64,000 nt of DNA from Felis catus. Lineage: Eukaryota. A program made the position numbers and the translations under genes. The DNA is taken from the NCBI RefSeq assembly GCF_018350175.1, contig NC_058368.1:222830001-222894000 (forward strand), in the 5' to 3' direction. The notes beneath the pieces were generated by a model, which ran no database searches, had not been told where the DNA came from, and saw only the letters and a list, made by a program, of their open reading frames with translations. Below, piece by piece: positions 23,373 through 36,880 of this stretch. How positions within the stretch are numbered: the first letter of the stretch is position 1; each line of letters opens with the position of its first letter.

Positions 23373-24279
23373 TATATGATGATGGTGATAATGATAATGA
23401 TCAACTAATTTATCCAAATATGCAACTTTTATCCATGTTGCTTTAAAAAGAGACAGTATTAAATCCTTATCAGGAGGAATTTTGAAGGCTGTACATCTCT
23501 AGAAATATAAGGCATTAATAAAAACTAGAATTTCAATATTAAAAGAATATTTCTTTTTTTTTTGTAAATTACTCTATTCCATTCATTTGCTTCTTGCCTC
23601 TAACACCGAATGATTTCCAAATCAGCGATGCCCATATTGTTCATGAACAACTGGACAAACAAGCAATACAAGAAGCTCTTGGGTAGTCACACATGGCAGA
23701 GCCTTGTGAAATGGAGCACTGGACTCTGGGAATATGCTCAAAAAAAGTGTTTGTTTGTTTGTGTGTTTTATTATCCATATCCTCCAATAATTCCTCTGCA
23801 CTGCACTCCTTTCTACAGTGGAAAAGGGGCTTAACAGTCAGAAAAGGTGGCTTAGTCACATAGAATTTCATAGTAAGTAAAACAAATGAAGAAAGAAGCC
23901 AGTGATGTCTGACTTTGAAAGCTAGAATTTCTGATGCCAAGTGCATGGTCCTTTTTTTTATTGAGATAACGTCTTTTCTCTTTCTAAATTTTCCTTCTTT
24001 TTGCTGGTTGCAATTAGCATAAGATATATATACTGACATATATATGAGAGACAAATGTTGTCAACTTCTCTCTCTCCCACCCTGCAGGTGGATAACAGCC
24101 AACATAATTTGGATCCAATTCAAGTGAAACTACATCTCCTTCTTTTATTTTTATTTAGTTATTAGTATTATTATTTTGCCATTTAAGCCTATGTTGGGGT
24201 TTAAGAGACCTTTAATAACTCTTCCAGCCTCCTTTCAAGGAAGGGAGGGTGGAAATCAATGTTCTGGGATTTCTATAGC

Positions 24280-24338
24280 TCTTTCTTTTTTCTTTTTCTT
24301 TTTCTTTTTCTTTTCTTTTTTCTTTTTTTTTTCTTTTT
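24280..24338. repeat. (TTTTC/TTTTTC)n pyrimidine repeat
   Basis: Direct reading. Confidence 0.9.
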
Positions 24339-25404
24339 GGTTTCCATAGCAGTCAAGGGCAAGCTAAGAAGGAGGGAAAAAAAGATTTATTTCCAACTTC
24401 AGTGAAAGCTGAGTCCCAAGATAAAAGAAGAAGCCAAGCATAATGAGAAAAAGGGAAAGTAAAAGAAAGCAAACTCCTATAGGTCCATAGTGAATATGAC
24501 CTTTGTTCAGAAAATTCAAAGAGTAATAAATTATAACAGAACATTGGGCATCATCTGTGTCATTGAAGCTCTGTCTATTGCTTGACTAGGGAGCTGAGTG
24601 ACAATACACAGATGGAGGGCAATGAATTTATGGAATTATATGCCAGCTCCCAGGATAGGGCTTGAAATGTGCACTTGGTATTGGCACTAGAATTGGGGTT
24701 TTGTTTGCTTTAATGCCAGTGCTGAATGCTCACACTCTGCTTTTTGTGCCAAAGTTAGATGCTCAGATTGGAAAGCTAAAATTTATCAAGTTTTAGCACT
24801 GCCTCTCCAAAGCCAAATGATAATGGTATAAAAAGGTACATTTTTTTTACTTCAATTTAAAAGTAGAACTGCTGCATTAAAATAAATTCACTATCCTCAA
24901 ATAATTCAGATATGAAATATTTCCTTGTCAATGAGCTCATCTAAATGATGCTAGAAAGCTTTTTCTCTCTACTTCTGTTTTTCATTGGATGGTATGGCCT
25001 TATGCCATTTTTTTTTCTGGCTGTTAGATTTAGATTATATTTCTTTTCTCTGTCCTGGACACTAGTCATATTTCTCGATCTTAAGAACTGCTTAAACACA
25101 AATAATAATTCTTCCAAAGAAAGTAAAATGACTATATTTAATGAAATAGTCTCCAGCTAATTAAAAAAATTGGGTTCCACTGTAAGCCTCAGATCACTAT
25201 TCCATTTCATTCTAGGGGCACACTATTCTTCTTACTTTGTAATACTGAACCTCTTACACATCCTTTTCTGGATACATCATGCTCATAATATGAAAAGCCA
25301 TAGAAACTTCCAATATTCTCTGCAATAAGATATGTTTGGTAAGTGCTTGCATATTGCACTCCTGAAGCCCTAAATTCTATGTCAGCAGTTCTCATCCTTT
25401 TTCT

Positions 25405-25558
25405 ATCTAGAATCATCTAAGGATTCATATGAAAAATACCTTTGCCCTAGCTGCACCCCAGACCAATTAAATCAGAATCTCTAAAAGTAGGGCTTAAACG
25501 TCAATGCTTTTTCAAGCTCCCCAGTTGATTCTAATGTACAGTCAGAGTTGAAAACATC
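25405..25558. mobile_element. MER5A/B-like hAT-Charlie MITE
   Basis: CACCCCAGACCAATTAAATCAGAATCTCT..AAGCTCCCCAGTTGATTCTAATGTACAGTCAGAGTTGAAAAC. Confidence 0.85.
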
Positions 25559-26949
25559 TTTTATGTTAAGGAATATTCTATGTGTTTATGGAAGCAAAAG
25601 AAGGCTGTACTGACGAAATACAGCCAAGTTAAGAATAATCCTAAATCAGTGATCCTAAAAGAAAAGAATACACATCCCCTTTCTACTTGCCGATTTTTAG
25701 CAAGATGAGAACTACAGATGCTATAAAGTATCACCAGATTTTGTTTTTGCTTTATTTTGCATTTCCTTTATGCATATTTTTATATGAATATTACCATATA
25801 AAGAATATAAGAGCATAGGAGTTGCTTGTATGTGGAAAGAGAATGCACAAATGTGATTCTTGTCCTATAAGCTCTGTACACAGTTTACTACTCACAATGG
25901 GCTGTAAAATTCCCTTTCTCCATGTTGTGCAAACAGGGGCAATGGGAAATAGCATTCACTTGAGGTCTGCTAGAGAAACATTCATAGGGGAAACTTAAAG
26001 AAATAGCAGGTGTTTGTGTCTCCATTGCCCTTTCTAGGACAGCACACAGAGATCAAATAGTCATTTCTGATGCTGGGAGAGCCTGCTCTGGAGCTGTAGA
26101 CAGTTAAGCTGCACAAATAAGGGGTGAGGCTTATTCTCTGGTATTATCAGGGCTATGGCACAGAGAAATATGACATGGTAGAAGCTTGACTCTAACCCTA
26201 CCCCGTAACTTAGCATTGGAAGTTGGGTATAATATTAACCCTTTCTTTGGTATGATCAAACACTGGGGTCCAATCCTTGTGATCACAATTATGTGATCTG
26301 GAAAGCTAAATGGTAGTGTTGGCTACATCATTCATTATGAGCAGATGCCCAAGGCCCTCATCTGCTCTTATAGGGACCAGGATTTTTGAGCCTTGGCCAA
26401 GATTGATTTCATTAAACCCAGAGGCATTGCCTATTTTGCCCTAGGTCTTTATTAGAGGCCAAATATTTTCCTGGGAGGCTAACCAGTGGGAGATCAATCT
26501 TGAACAAGCTACTACTTGCCATCACTCAGGCAACTCCTCACATTTAATGCACAGATCATACCCATTGTGTTAGCAACCCATATTATTTAGAACATAAGAG
26601 CTATTAAGCTAATCATCATCATCCCAAGAGACACTAGAAGCTGTTTGGAAATGGCTCAACATCACAATGATAGTGCAAACCATACATACCCGAGACTGAT
26701 AAAGAAGGGTAATTTTTAAGAAAAGCCTATGGACGTGAACTGTCTAGTCTAGAAAGAAAGTATAACAAGGATGGCTGTCTAGGTAAATCATTACCTCCAG
26801 CCATGCCCCAAGTGTTCTGACAATTCCGAGGATCCCAAGTCACCTCGAGGAAGGAGGAACCATTCTACACTACCTACTAACACCTATGGTACTAGTCCAA
26901 TACCTTCTACATATTAGGCATTAAATCAAAATACATGGACTCAATGAAA

Positions 26950-27190
26950 TAATGTTGGCCAATATCTATTGAGCACTTACTATGAGTCCAGAACCATTCC
27001 AAGTGTTTTTACTTAATTTTTTATTTTTTATTCTCCACAACAACCCTGTGAAAGAGTTATGATTATCTCGTTTTTAGAGAACAGGATTAAGCACTGAGGT
27101 TGAGTCATTAGCTAAAGACTATAAGACAAGTAAGTGATTGAGTTTGATTCCAAATTATGCAGTATGGATACAGACTCTTCACCACTGCTT
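26950..27190 (-). mobile_element. MIR
   Basis: TATCTATTGAGCACTTACTATG..CCACAACAACCCTGTGA..CACTGAGG. Confidence 0.75.
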
Positions 27191-27214
27191 GTCACAGGCA
27201 TGACTGAACTACAT

Positions 27215-27560
27215 TTTGTGGAAAATGAACTGTTGAGGACCATGAATAACAGTGGGGAAACTAGTTAGGATGTTATTGTAATAGTTAATGTGACCTATAT
27301 GAGTATATGTCAATGGGATAGGAAAAAAAAAAGTGGGTAGACTTAAGGGATATTTAGGTGACTGAATCAGCAGGAGTTGGTGATTGATTGAAATGGGTAA
27401 GCAAGAAAGACCTATCAATCACTATTCTAGGCTTTCTATCTTGTGAAATGAGATAAGGAGCACTGGAGATAGGGGGTGTGTGTCTGGAGGATCACAAATT
27501 TAGTTTTAGCCATGATACACTTGACAAAGACTATAATATTTCCATTGGAATAATCAAATA
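27215..27560 (-). mobile_element. L2 fragment
   Basis: AGTTAGGATGTTATTGTAATAGT..GAATCAGCAGGAGTTGGTGATTGATTG..TTTAGTTTTAGCCATG. Confidence 0.65.
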
Positions 27561-29094
27561 CATTATTATATGTATTATTTCCATTTCCTGTGATGATCAT
27601 GAGTAAAGAAGGTGCTTTTGCTGGAGTTTTGAACTGGGTATTCAGTGAATCTGTGAGAGGCAAATAATTTAAAGACAAAGGGAAACTGAGGAAAGGTGTT
27701 CAGAGAGCATCCAATGCAACTTGTCATCAGGAACCCAGACAATGGAAGGGCAACCCACACTTCATACTGAGAAGCTGTTGCACAGAAGTGGGAAAATGAT
27801 GCCTAGAATGAAGGAATATCATGTGTAACTGATATGGAAGAAATACAAGATTTATTTTCAATAGTACAGAGAATTGAAAAATAAAATGGAACAAAAAGCT
27901 GGTTAGTTGCCAGGATTGTGGCTAGATAGCAATACAGAATTCAAAGATACCTACGCGATATACAGTCAGGATGTTTTAGAAAACAGTACTGAAGTGACTG
28001 TGAATTTTGTAAGCAAGGGTGTTCAGGAAGATAAATCTTGACTTAATCACCAGGAACCATGTAGTTTTACTTCTTTTATCAAAGAGAATCAGTTACTATT
28101 GATGATTAAGTAAGTATAACAAGAAGCATGGGAAAACAAACTTTGGCAGCTAAACATGTATCTATGACCTGACAAGTTTAATATATCTAAAACTAAGCTT
28201 GGGAAAAGAAAAACTTCATTAAATATTTCAAAGTAATGTTGGATTATACAGGCCTTTCCACAGGAGAGCAGGCATAATTATCTTAGCTACCAACTAAAAT
28301 TAATAGGGTCGCTGTAGATATCCTTGAATAAATTGTATACACTTGTTCTGTTTTAGAAAGACACTTAGCAAAACATCTGCCTAGTCTATCATCAGAAAAC
28401 ATTTCCCCTGTACCTTAGAGACATGAAAAAGCTACCAATTTATTTTTTGTCAAAAATTTAATGTTCGGGTTTCATAAACAGTGGGTCTCCCCAAATAACA
28501 TTCTACTTGTGCATTCGTATTGTTAAAACTATTAAGAAATTCTTGTTAAAAATAGTTACATAGTGCATGTTAATCACTGCAGATATAGATAAATGGATAT
28601 GGGTATGACATAGGATGGTTATAGGATGTCTATACATGATCATTGTCTAAGATTTGGTATTTAAAAGACATTAAATTGAGAACGTGAAAACACATGTTCA
28701 GATGTCTCGACCAGCTCTAAATCCCTAAGGGAAAATCATTCTCTCTTTTGTATTTTCTGTTCCTTCACAAAATCCACAAGGGGCTCCACCATTCTTTAAA
28801 TTATGTATCCCCATACATTAGTCATGTATCCTTATATTTGTGTTTATTCCATTTTTAATTATCTTGAAAGGCAAATGGTTGAACCAGATGATCTAGGTCT
28901 AATTATTATTTCTTATTTCATTGGGTGTAGGGGATGATTAGATCAGCTGGTTAGATCAGCAATTATTCACTGAGGCTCCAAATAGATGATTCTGTTTGTT
29001 ATAAGAAATATTAAATGAATACCCAAAATATCTCCTGACTTTAATAGGCTCAACCTCTTTATTTTTGGAGAATAGGACAAAAGAATGGCATCTT

Positions 29095-29215
29095 CAAAGG
29101 CTTTGGGAAACTTGGGTCCTGCCCTCAGTACTGTCAAATAGGTGTTATATCACCTTTGTAAAATCACTTACTTTTTTGGATCTTAGTGTTCTAATTTGCA
29201 AAATGGAAATGGTAA
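29095..29215 (+). mobile_element. MIR
   Basis: CACCTTTGTAAAATCACTTACTTTTTTGGATCTTAGTGTTCTAATTTGCAAAATGG. Confidence 0.65.
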
Positions 29216-29239
29216 TGCATAACTCAAAATTATTTTTCT

Positions 29240-29461
29240 TTTTTAAATTTTTTTAAATTAAAAAAAATGTTTATTTACTTTTGAGAGACAGACACAGAGC
29301 ATGAGGGAGGAAGGGTCAGAGAGAGGGAGACACAGAATGAAGCAGGCTCTAGGCTCTAAGTTGTCAGCACAGAGCCCGATGCGGGTCTCGAACTCACAAA
29401 CCTTGAGATCATAACCTGAGCAAAGTTGGACGTTTAACTGACTGAACCGCCCAGGCGCCCC
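29240..29461 (-). mobile_element. Can-SINE
   Basis: Ends CCCAGGCGCCC; TSD ATTATTTTTC on both sides. Confidence 0.94.
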
Positions 29462-30329
29462 TTAATATTATTTTTCAAGCATCTGGCACAACAGTTGGTA
29501 GAAAGCAGTAACTGAGTCCTGTTCCCTATCTTATTACAAATTATGGCCACATGGAATGATGACTGTGATAATGCAGATACTCAACTAAGTCTTAAGACAG
29601 TTGAAAAAAACAAAACATTTGTATCTGGCTAGGATAAATAAGGATCTGTCTTGAATTGGTCAAGAGTTTTGCAGATAAACAAAGGATGGAGTGCCCTTTA
29701 GGCACCATTGTATACACAATTGTGAAAGGCTAGGAAACAGATGCACTGTGAGAGAGGGCCAGGGGTATACAAGGAAAGGTTAAATTTTAACCTTTATCTG
29801 TTGGGGAAGAAACACAATGCAGATTTTTAAGCAATGCAGTGGCATAATCTAAATGCATTTGTATTTATTTTCACAGGGGCTCTAAGATCAATTGGAAGTG
29901 TTGGACCAAGAAGGCAACTGGAATAATAATGTAGACTAGAGAGGGTAATAACCATGGGGATAATATTGGGAGTAAATATAAGGTGGCACAGGTTGATATA
30001 GTTGGAACATAGAATACAACGTTCTTCCTTGATCACATTTCCACCAAAAACCACATAGTCTAAGACTGTGATTACTTTCACATTGTATTCCAAGCTTCCT
30101 TCACACCGTCTTCCTTTTTACCTTGTATATTTTACTAAAGTCCGATCTGAAGGCAACCCAGCAATATTTTTTCCAGATCCTGTATAGAGAATGCAGAATA
30201 AAAAGTAACATCTGGGTTCAAGGGAACATTTGGGGCTAAAGCTACAAATGTATAATATTCCATGTAGAGTTGGTATTTGATTAGAAGAGAAAAAAAATTC
30301 CTTCTTCAGATTTGTATTTCTTCTTCAGA

Positions 30330-30545
30330 TCTGTATCTCTAATTTCTAGCCAGGGATCACTATTGATTGTCCCACAGACATGTTAAACTCAATGTGACTA
30401 AAAAGGAACTAATTATATTTTCTCCTAATACATAATTTACGTTGTTTATCCGTTGTTAATGATGCATTCATCCACCTAACGTAAGTTGAAAGCAATGAAG
30501 TCACCTTCAATGCATAACTTTCACATGCAATTTGATGGCACTTAT
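30330..30545 (+). mobile_element. L2 fragment
   Basis: TGTCCCACAGACATGTTAAACTCAATGTGACTAAAAAGGAACT..CATCCACCTAA. Confidence 0.55.
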
Positions 30546-33184
30546 TCATATAGGGCCAGAGAAAAGGAAGTGACTCAGATCTGCTACTTGGGGAAGCTTG
30601 AGCAAGAGGGAAAGAGAGGAGAATAATTTTGTAGCTGAGTATTTGCCTCAAATACGTCCCTAGCACTGTATCAGTACTATCTTTGAATAGCCTTCCCTCC
30701 TATTAATTTCTCATCTACAAGTTCATTTCCATTGGTCCTCAATCCCATCTAACGTGAGAAATTTTGCCTCAGTGTGCTGTACATTCTGTGTTTATTTATG
30801 TTTTCGTTTGTCATATTATGAGTCATATGTATATTCCTCTAAAAGGAATCACGTCTATAGACCAAACAAAAAAATTCAAGGTAATGCAAATGTTTATGAT
30901 TTTAATCTAACTTAATTACATTCTTTGATATTTATTTGCCAATGCTAATTTACTTTAGGGGAATAACACTTTAGTATATTTCCCTCAGTTTTAGATTATC
31001 AAATGTGCATGATTAGCTTTGGCATGAATGTAAATAGTAATTTATTTTCCTCATATTGGTTTATAGTCTGTTAAAATAGTCTTTCAGGTATAGTTGCACC
31101 AGGTAAATGTCTGGCTGGTATTTTTTTGTATTCTGATTTATTCATTCTCATGAAGTTTATTGATCATATACTATATTCCATGTTTAAAGATTTTCTTATT
31201 ATAACTAGCTTGATCACATGTAAATAACCTCAAAAAATGCACTTTCAATTAATTTAAAAAGGCTTGATTTGTTGAAAAATAAAAACAACAAAACTATATA
31301 CTGGGAATCTTAATAATGAACTAGGTAATATAGATCCAGTATTAAAAGCCAAAATATACCAACTTAGGTCTTTGTTTTCAATAGATTTGCTTTCCCAATC
31401 AGCCAGTTTTATTAAGCTAATATAAAAGCAAGTTTTTTTAGCTATCCTTTATAAGTACACAGATGGCAAAAATAGTTCCAAATTAAATCACAGTCTTAGC
31501 AAGGATAGGCACCTTCAACATATTCATTTATGGTTTTCATGGTTCTGATGAGCATGTATATGTATCTATAATTATTTGAAAATTTTATAAAGCAGTTGTA
31601 ACAGTCATCTAGTTGAAGACATTAAATATGACAATATCATACTTAATGAAAGATGGCATTGATTGACTTTTTGTTTATTTGTTTAAAATGATGTACAGCT
31701 TATAAGTTGATCTTTAGTAATTAATTATTGTATTGGTTTTTCAGTTCTAAATTCGACATGTAAAATGATGCTTTCTATGCTATACTAATACAAAACATTC
31801 CTAGAGTTTCTTTCCAAACACTAATAAACATTCAATTTCTTTACTAAAGTTTTTCTTTTGAGACAATAACATCAAAAACTCAGACACACTGTTTTAAGAA
31901 ATAAAAAATGAATAAATGAACACTTTATAGAACTAAGTTATACTGATGAAAAGAATTACAGACCTAAAGTTTGAAGTTATTTTTCTATTTTTTTCTATTA
32001 ATATTTACTTTTATTTCTTCTTTAAATATATATTCTACCGATATGTGCACTTTAAAGTCTTATAGTATTTTATTGTGTGTTGGTATATTAAAATAAATTC
32101 ATTTGTGGTTACTTTATTACAATTTAAAAGAATTCTGTCTTTGAATATGCATGTTAGCTATAAAATTCTTGTGTGTGAAATCTTTGTAGTTTCTGTTGCT
32201 GATTTCCGTATTAAAAAAAATAGCCCTTTACAGGTCTACAAAAAGCTTTAGCTTTATAAAATGTAAAATAATAACAATGGCAATTGTAACAATAATGACA
32301 ATAATGCCACCTTCACAGAAATGATCTATAAAAAAGACAAACTTTATTCAGAGATAGAAATATAATGTTAGGATATTTATTCTAAGTGTGTTATCTGGAA
32401 CCCTTGCCCAACTGTTGTGATAAAGAATCAAACCAGACTTTATGCTGTTGCTTGAATCCTGTTATAAGGGATATTCCGCCCACAACAGGGAGGCATTATA
32501 CGCACTGTCTTATTTAAAATCTTGCCATTTGGCACCTAAACCCTGAGGCAGAATTCCAACCAAATTGTAAGCAGGAATGTTGCCAACCTAACAGATGAGC
32601 AGAAGGTATCGTAGCCAAGAGTCCGTGTTCACATATCAAATGTGTTTACTTAGGGCAGGATTCCCAGTCATAAATCTTCAAACATGTTCAGAAAACCGTG
32701 CCAACGCGAAGAGGTTGCCCTGTCTTTAATCCATCTAGAGCAAGGATTAACCTTGAATTTATTTTTAGAGATGCAACTTAGCCACATAGGTCTGTTATCT
32801 TTTTAAGCTGAAGAGAGAATTGGTAGTTTGGAATTTATACATTTCATTGCTCAATCCCTATTCTATTGTTTACCTAGTAGTCTATTGTGGTTCCAATAAT
32901 TTAGATGCCATTAATTCAAAATTTTTGTATTGATTGTGTTCATTCATTGTAAACTATCGTTGATTAATGATAAATTCATAGAATGACAAGGATGGATTTT
33001 TAAAGGAGATAATTACTGATTTCCTCAATAGTCTAACAATATTCACCCAAAGCTGTAAATAAGGCTATAAATAATAATGTATATCTGAACTTTACAAGAT
33101 AGAAGAAAAATGAATATTTTTTGGTCATTCTAATCACAGATGACTTTGACAACAAAGTGTGAAAAAAATAAGTTACAGATATTT

Positions 33185-33377
33185 TTAATGTTTATTTATT
33201 TTTGAGAGAGAGAGAGGGAGAGAAAGAGAGGGAGGAGGGGCAGATATAGAGGGAGACAGAGGATCCAAAGAAGGCTCTGCACTGACAGGACAGATGCAGG
33301 TCTCGAACTCACAAACTATGAGATCATGACCTGAGCTGAAGCTGGTCGCTTAACCAACTGAGCTACCCAGGCACCCC
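33185..33377 (-). mobile_element. Can-SINE
   Basis: Ends CCCAGGCACCCC; TSD AAGTT(A/G)CAGATATTTT. Confidence 0.94.
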
Positions 33378-33465
33378 AAGTTGCAGATATTTTATTGAGA
33401 GGCTGAGTGTTATGGTTCTTAAAAGATTTGAGGTCACTTTTTAAAAAATATGTAACTGGGGTTGG

Positions 33466-33561
33466 GGGGCACCTGGGTGGCTCAGTCGGTTGGGCATCAG
33501 TCTCTTGATTTTGGCTCTGGTGATGATTTCACAGTTGTGAAATAAGCCCTGCGAGAATTAA

Positions 33562-33607
<46 letters not shown>

Positions 33608-33660
33608 TCCTCTTCCCTATTCTCATTCTCACTCTCTCTCTCTCTCAAAAAAAAAAAAAA
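33466..33660 (+). mobile_element. Can-SINE with an internal deletion
   Basis: Head GGGGCACCTGGGTGGCTCAGTCGG, (CT)n and A tail; the segment after AAGCCCTGCG is missing. Confidence 0.9.
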
Positions 33661-34618
33661 TATATATATATGAAATGCTTCAGAGAAAACTATTGGAAAA
33701 AGTATTACTGTGTTCACTAAAATGGACTAATTCGTAACCCTAGTTGAAGTTTAATGGATGTTTAATAAAACCTGCTGAGACTGAGTCTGACTCATAAAAG
33801 TAGATAAAACACTTAGACATTGTTATTCTTGTCACATAACTTAGCAAATGACAGGGGCGCAAAGTTCAGAGAATGCTAAGTATTTAAAAGGCCACAGTTT
33901 ACAAGGAAAATGTGTAATAGGAAGTACTACGGGGAAGATCTTTCTTTTAGTGATTCCCAGCGTGAGAACAACATGAACTCACCAAAGGCACAAACGCTCT
34001 AAAAATAAAGCTTCTAAATGCTTTACATTCCGTATGAAAGCCAAATTCGAATCTCTAGGTTGTATTACTAGATTGTCTCAACATAAAGTACAGTTTTTAA
34101 GAAAGCTTTTATGATTTTATTAAATAAGTAAAGCATGCTAATTATAGATGTGTTAGACGGTATAAATGTTCACCAAAAAAAATGGCTAATAAATCACCAA
34201 ATCTACCAGCAGGCTTGAAAATGCAAATATTTTGGAATTATTTGTGTATGTGTGTAGGCATTAAAGTAAAATCTCACTAAACGTATTGAAATGTGCTTGT
34301 TTTTTTTCACTTAAAATTTATTGTGACCATCTAGTAATTAAAATAGATATATAAATGCTCTTACTGCATCCGTTTCAAATTAACAGTATATTTTAGGACA
34401 TTTAGGTCGTTTGCAATTTTGCACCTTAAAAGAAAAACACTGTTAACTTCCTTAATATATAGCTTGGGGCACAGCTGAATGATTTCTCAGGTTCTGGCCC
34501 TATAAGTTGTATTGCTTGACCAGATGTTACACATTTTTCTAAGCATTTTGAATTGTCCTCCAGAAAGCTAACTCTAGTAAAAACTCCTACCAGCAACTCA
34601 GGAGGGTGAGTTCCCTAC

Positions 34619-34659
34619 TAAACAAACAAACAAACAAACAAACAAACAAACAAACAAAA
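34619..34659. repeat. (AAAC)n microsatellite
   Basis: Direct reading. Confidence 0.96.
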
Positions 34660-34813
34660 ATACTAGCTTTAATTAGAATTTTTCATCATTCACCATTTGA
34701 TAACAAATAAGTCAAATGTCATTTGAAATCATGTCTCCTCTGGTTATAAATGACTTTGAACTATTTGGCCTGGATTTCATTGAACAGATTTATATTATGT
34801 GAATTCCCTATTT

Positions 34814-34930
34814 GAATGTAAGCTCCAATGGTAGACGTTTATTTTGTTTTGTTTGATTTTTATCCCAGTACCGAGAACGATTTCTGTGACATAGGAGGCA
34901 CTTAAATTCAGCTGTTGTATGTAAATTAAC
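34814..34930 (+). mobile_element. L2 3' terminus
   Basis: GAATGTAAGCTCCAATGG..TATCCCAGTACCGAGAAC..GACATAGGAGGCACTTAAAT. Confidence 0.65.
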
Positions 34931-34999
34931 AACTTAGGGATTGTTATTTCTGTTCTTTCTATAATTTTCTTTCAGGGTATTTGATATATGTGTGTGTTG

Positions 35000-35000
<1 letters not shown>

Positions 35001-35037
<37 letters not shown>
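35001..35037. repeat. (TG)n microsatellite
   Basis: Direct reading. Confidence 0.97.
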
Positions 35038-35039
<2 letters not shown>

Positions 35040-35992
35040 TGTAAAGTGACTAGCCCTTTTTTTGCCATAGAAATACAATAATATCTTTTTCAATTACCTG
35101 AAATGTGTGTATAGCATTTTTCCTGCTCCTTCCTTTTGTTTCTAATTTATTTTTTAAAATATACACTGTTAAATAGCTTAATCAACTCCTTCCCACCTTT
35201 GGAGTCAGGCTTAACAATCTGTCATTTTCCTTAGGCTTATCACCTTTCCTTACGCTCATCACCCTGCCGTGTTTTCATGTGAATATACATATTTAATTCT
35301 TCCTAGAATTTTTTAATTCTCAGACTGGTTTAGGTAAATGGTTGCATTTTCTCTTAATTCTTAACCTTTTGTCCTAAACTGTGAATTAGCTTATTTTTTC
35401 CTGAAATTGATTTATATGTTTATTATATGGTTTTACGTATGTAGGTATGTTTGGATCCATTTCTCTAGTTCTTGCTCAGTTCTGTTCACATGACAGTTTT
35501 ACTCTCAATACCATGTGGTTTTTAACTCAATTGATGTGTTTCAATATCTGATGAAGAAAAATTCTGTTTATCTTGATTTCACCGACATGCTGTGAAAATA
35601 ATCGATATTCATTTTAAATGAATGGTACTCTTTATTTACCGTTAATATGTCATCCTAACTACTTTTTCTTCTGTATGCATTTGAGATTTATTTTGGAGAG
35701 AGGGTTTTAAATCCCCTACTCATTTTTTAAACAAATTTGAAGGCTTTGGTTAGAAAATTGATATGTTGATGTTCTTATTTTAAATCAGTATAAGGACACA
35801 TTTTGCAAAGAAAGTATAGTTTCTATTTAGGGTAGGAGGTTAACTGCATACCTGTCCTGCTAGTTAACCTGTAGCATTGCCCAAGTTTCACGATTGGAGC
35901 GATGAAAGATGTAAAATGATATGTGGCCAACATTGCTCTTGTGCTTTTATCAGTCCCCATGTGAGTACTACCTTATAATTAAAGACATATTG

Positions 35993-36254
35993 GGGCGCCT
36001 GGGTGCTCAGTCCGTTGAGCCTCTGACTTTGGCTCATGTCATGATCTCATGGTTTGTGAGTTTGAGGCCCGCGTTGGGTTCTGTGCTGTCAGCTCAGAGC
36101 CTGGACCCTGCTTCGGATTCTGTGTCTCCCTCTGTCTCTGCCCCTGCCCTGTTCATACTCTGTCTCTCAAAACATGGATAAATGTTAAAATAATAATAAT
36201 TATTATTATAATAAAATTATTATAAATTATAATAAAATTATTATAAAATAATAA
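35993..36254 (+). mobile_element. Can-SINE with an AT-only expanded tail
   Basis: GGGGCGCCTGGGTGCTCAG head; TSD TAATTAAAGACA(T/C)ATT on both sides. Confidence 0.94.
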
Positions 36255-36880
36255 TAATTAAAGACACATTAGCGGCAAGTCATATATAAATATTAGGCTT
36301 ACTGTATTTTGGTAAATTTTGGTAAAATTTCAGATATCCATATGTATTTTGGTAAAATTTCAGATGCATAAACAGTTAGCTACAAATATTTAAAAATAAT
36401 TTTCCCGGAAGAATTTGATTGCCAATAAGAAAATGTATCACAGGGCAGATTTTTTTTTCACCCAGTAAAAGTAATTCTAATCATAGTCAATGAGAGAGAT
36501 ACATTTTCCAAAGCCTTCTATATCTGTCGCAGAGTAAAGGATCTTACAGAATAATTTAATGTTGAACCAAACAGGTGTAATATTTGTATGGCCAACCCGT
36601 ACTTTTCAAGCAAGTGTATTGTAATTGAAAGAGAAAATGATCTTTCATTCATATAGGCTGTGTTGAATTCGTACGTGAAATGCTGCTTGCATATGTATGG
36701 AACATTTCAGAGCAGATATGGAAGGTTTGGAAAAGCCCAGAGAATAACAACAACAACAACAACACCAAAATGATCAAGGGTTTATAGTTGCTTTCATAAG
36801 GATGCCAGTAGAGTTGCCAGAGTGTTGTGGGGAGAGACAAACTGCACTCAGTTATTTTTGACCCAGAGGACAGTTTCATT

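Larger units (their letters stand above)
34265..35560 (-). mobile_element. Old L1M (L1ME-like) 3' ORF2/UTR fragment
   Basis: GGACATTTAGGTCGTTTGCAATTTT, ATTGTCCTCCAGAAAG, ACTCCTACCAGCAA, TGTGAATTCCCTATTT, TGTTTCAATATCTGAT; interrupted by (AAAC)n, an L2-like end and (TG)n. Confidence 0.65.

Noticed and set aside
24060..24160. Strong-looking splice acceptor CTTCTCTCTCTCCCACCCTGCAG at 24087
   Set aside because: The downstream peptide (VDNSQHNLDPIQVK) is unrecognised and I found no clear donor or partner exons. A non-coding exon cannot be excluded without RNA-seq.
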